Below are positions 63,559 through 64,000 of a stretch of DNA of 64,000 nt, one piece after another; within the stretch, counting starts at the first letter, position 1; every line of letters starts with the position of its first letter. The notes beneath the pieces are model-generated. The model made no database searches, was not told the DNA's origin, and was given only the letters and a program-made list of their open reading frames with translations. Location: the NCBI GenBank assembly GCA_022843265.1, contig JALHNZ010000003.1, positions 64,645 through 128,644 of the forward strand. The letters run 5' to 3'. The stretch is from Gemmatimonadaceae bacterium. GTDB lineage: Bacteria; Gemmatimonadota; Gemmatimonadetes; Gemmatimonadales; Gemmatimonadaceae. The translations under genes and the position numbers were made by a program.

Positions 63559-63803
63559 CCGCCGCGCCCGCTGTAAATCTCGGCGGCGACGTCGCTCCAG
63601 TCGGCAAGAGAAACACCGGGCTGCAGTCCCTTGCCCTTGAAGCTGGCGTCGCGCAGCTGAAAGCGCGCGCGGCGAGCGCGACGCTGGGCCAACACCGTGC
63701 GGAGCCCCTCTTCGACCAGCGCGCGAACGGTGACACCTTCGCGCGCGGCCGTCGCGCGGGCCTGGTCGAGCAGGGCGTCCGCAATATCGATGGTTGTCTT
63801 CAT
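63555..63803 (-). CDS. vapB: Type II antitoxin, VapB-like (DUF2191/RHH-type)
   Basis: ORF 63555..63983, ATG 63801-63803. The sequence is MKTTIDIADALLDQARATAAREGVTVRALVEEGLRTVL. The stop overlaps the vapC ATG by 4 nt. Confidence 0.75.
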   Translation of the reverse strand: MKTTIDIADALLDQARATAAREGVTVRALVEEGLRTVLAQRRARRARFQLRDASFKGKGLQPGVSLADWSDVAAEIYSGRGG

Positions 63804-63840
63804 ATGGGTAACAATATTAGCGTGCCCATATCTGTTGCAA
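63802..63840 (-). promoter_or_regulatory. Candidate promoter and inverted-repeat operator of the vapBC pair (possibly leaderless transcript)
   Basis: On the minus strand, TTGCAA (63835-63840) is followed by TAATAT (63814-63819, 15-nt spacer) or TATTGT (63811-63816, 18-nt spacer). A 7-bp inverted repeat atatggg (63802-63808) / cccatat (63825-63831) brackets the -10 and overlaps the ATG. Confidence 0.3.
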
Positions 63841-63844
63841 GGTA

Positions 63845-64000
63845 TTAGAACGCCACCCCCCACCCAATCACCGCATACCCGGGGATGGTTGGCGTTTCCC
63901 ACGCTTGTGTACGCGACACACCCACACGCACCACCAGCTCGTGGCGTCCCATCGTGCGGCCCATCAGGGCGCCAAGTCCCCATGTGCCGCCGTTGTCGAG
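63845..64000 (-). CDS. Partial CDS (3' end only): C-terminus of an outer-membrane beta-barrel protein
   Basis: Not in the ORF track. Manual minus-strand translation gives ..LDNGGTWGLGALMGRTMGRHELVVRVGVSRTQAWETPTIPGYAVIGWGVAF, then stop TAA (63845-63847). The terminal aromatic Phe and alternating pattern are typical of an OMP beta-signal. Confidence 0.45.
   Translation of the reverse strand, partial: LDNGGTWGLGALMGRTMGRHELVVRVGVSRTQAWETPTIPGYAVIGWGVAF

Overview
GC-rich bacterial chromosomal segment (about 65% GC in a hand-counted 60-nt stretch). I support about 66 protein-coding genes, two of them partial at the window edges. I recognised no rRNA, tRNA, CRISPR array, transposase or integrase. 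Gene content points to a Gemmatimonadota- or Acidobacteriota-like soil or aquatic bacterium; this is inference only. The relevant content is many predicted lipoproteins, two Ser/Thr kinases with TolB-N-like and TPR tails, a PEP-CTERM protein, a 1100-aa sortilin/BNR protein and a DUF5916 outer-membrane protein. Housekeeping or recognisable genes include ackA, ggt, dgkA, mgtE, a CPA1 antiporter, a class II UvrA paralogue, an S41 and an S9 peptidase, several alpha/beta hydrolases, and SDR/MDR oxidoreductases. There are also ArsR and TetR regulators and three toxin-antitoxin pairs (two VapBC-type, one DUF4258/DUF2283). Start codons are my own choices inside the supplied ORFs, based on signal peptides, SD-like motifs and neighbouring stops, and are less certain than the stops. 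The most interesting locus is at 50.5-55.3 kb. A zinc-ribbon/class III nucleotidyl cyclase/STAND-ATPase/TPR protein is translationally coupled to two tandem 7-TM paralogues. These carry motifs of the fungal Pyr4/PaxB-type integral-membrane terpene cyclases, and an MpaB-like oxygenase lies convergent to them. Other loci worth a look are a PEDS1/CarF-type plasmanylethanolamine desaturase next to a fatty-acid-hydroxylase-superfamily enzyme, and a TetR-controlled OMP/oxidoreductase/UvrA2 module with a clear palindromic operator. A CmpX-like channel, a soluble MgtE sensor-domain paralogue and MgtE form a third array, with a hexanucleotide repeat at the gene junction. There is also a 565-aa orphan with a GNAT-like core and a lower-GC orphan gene at 60.7-61.4 kb. 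All family assignments come from motif recognition by eye, not from database searches.
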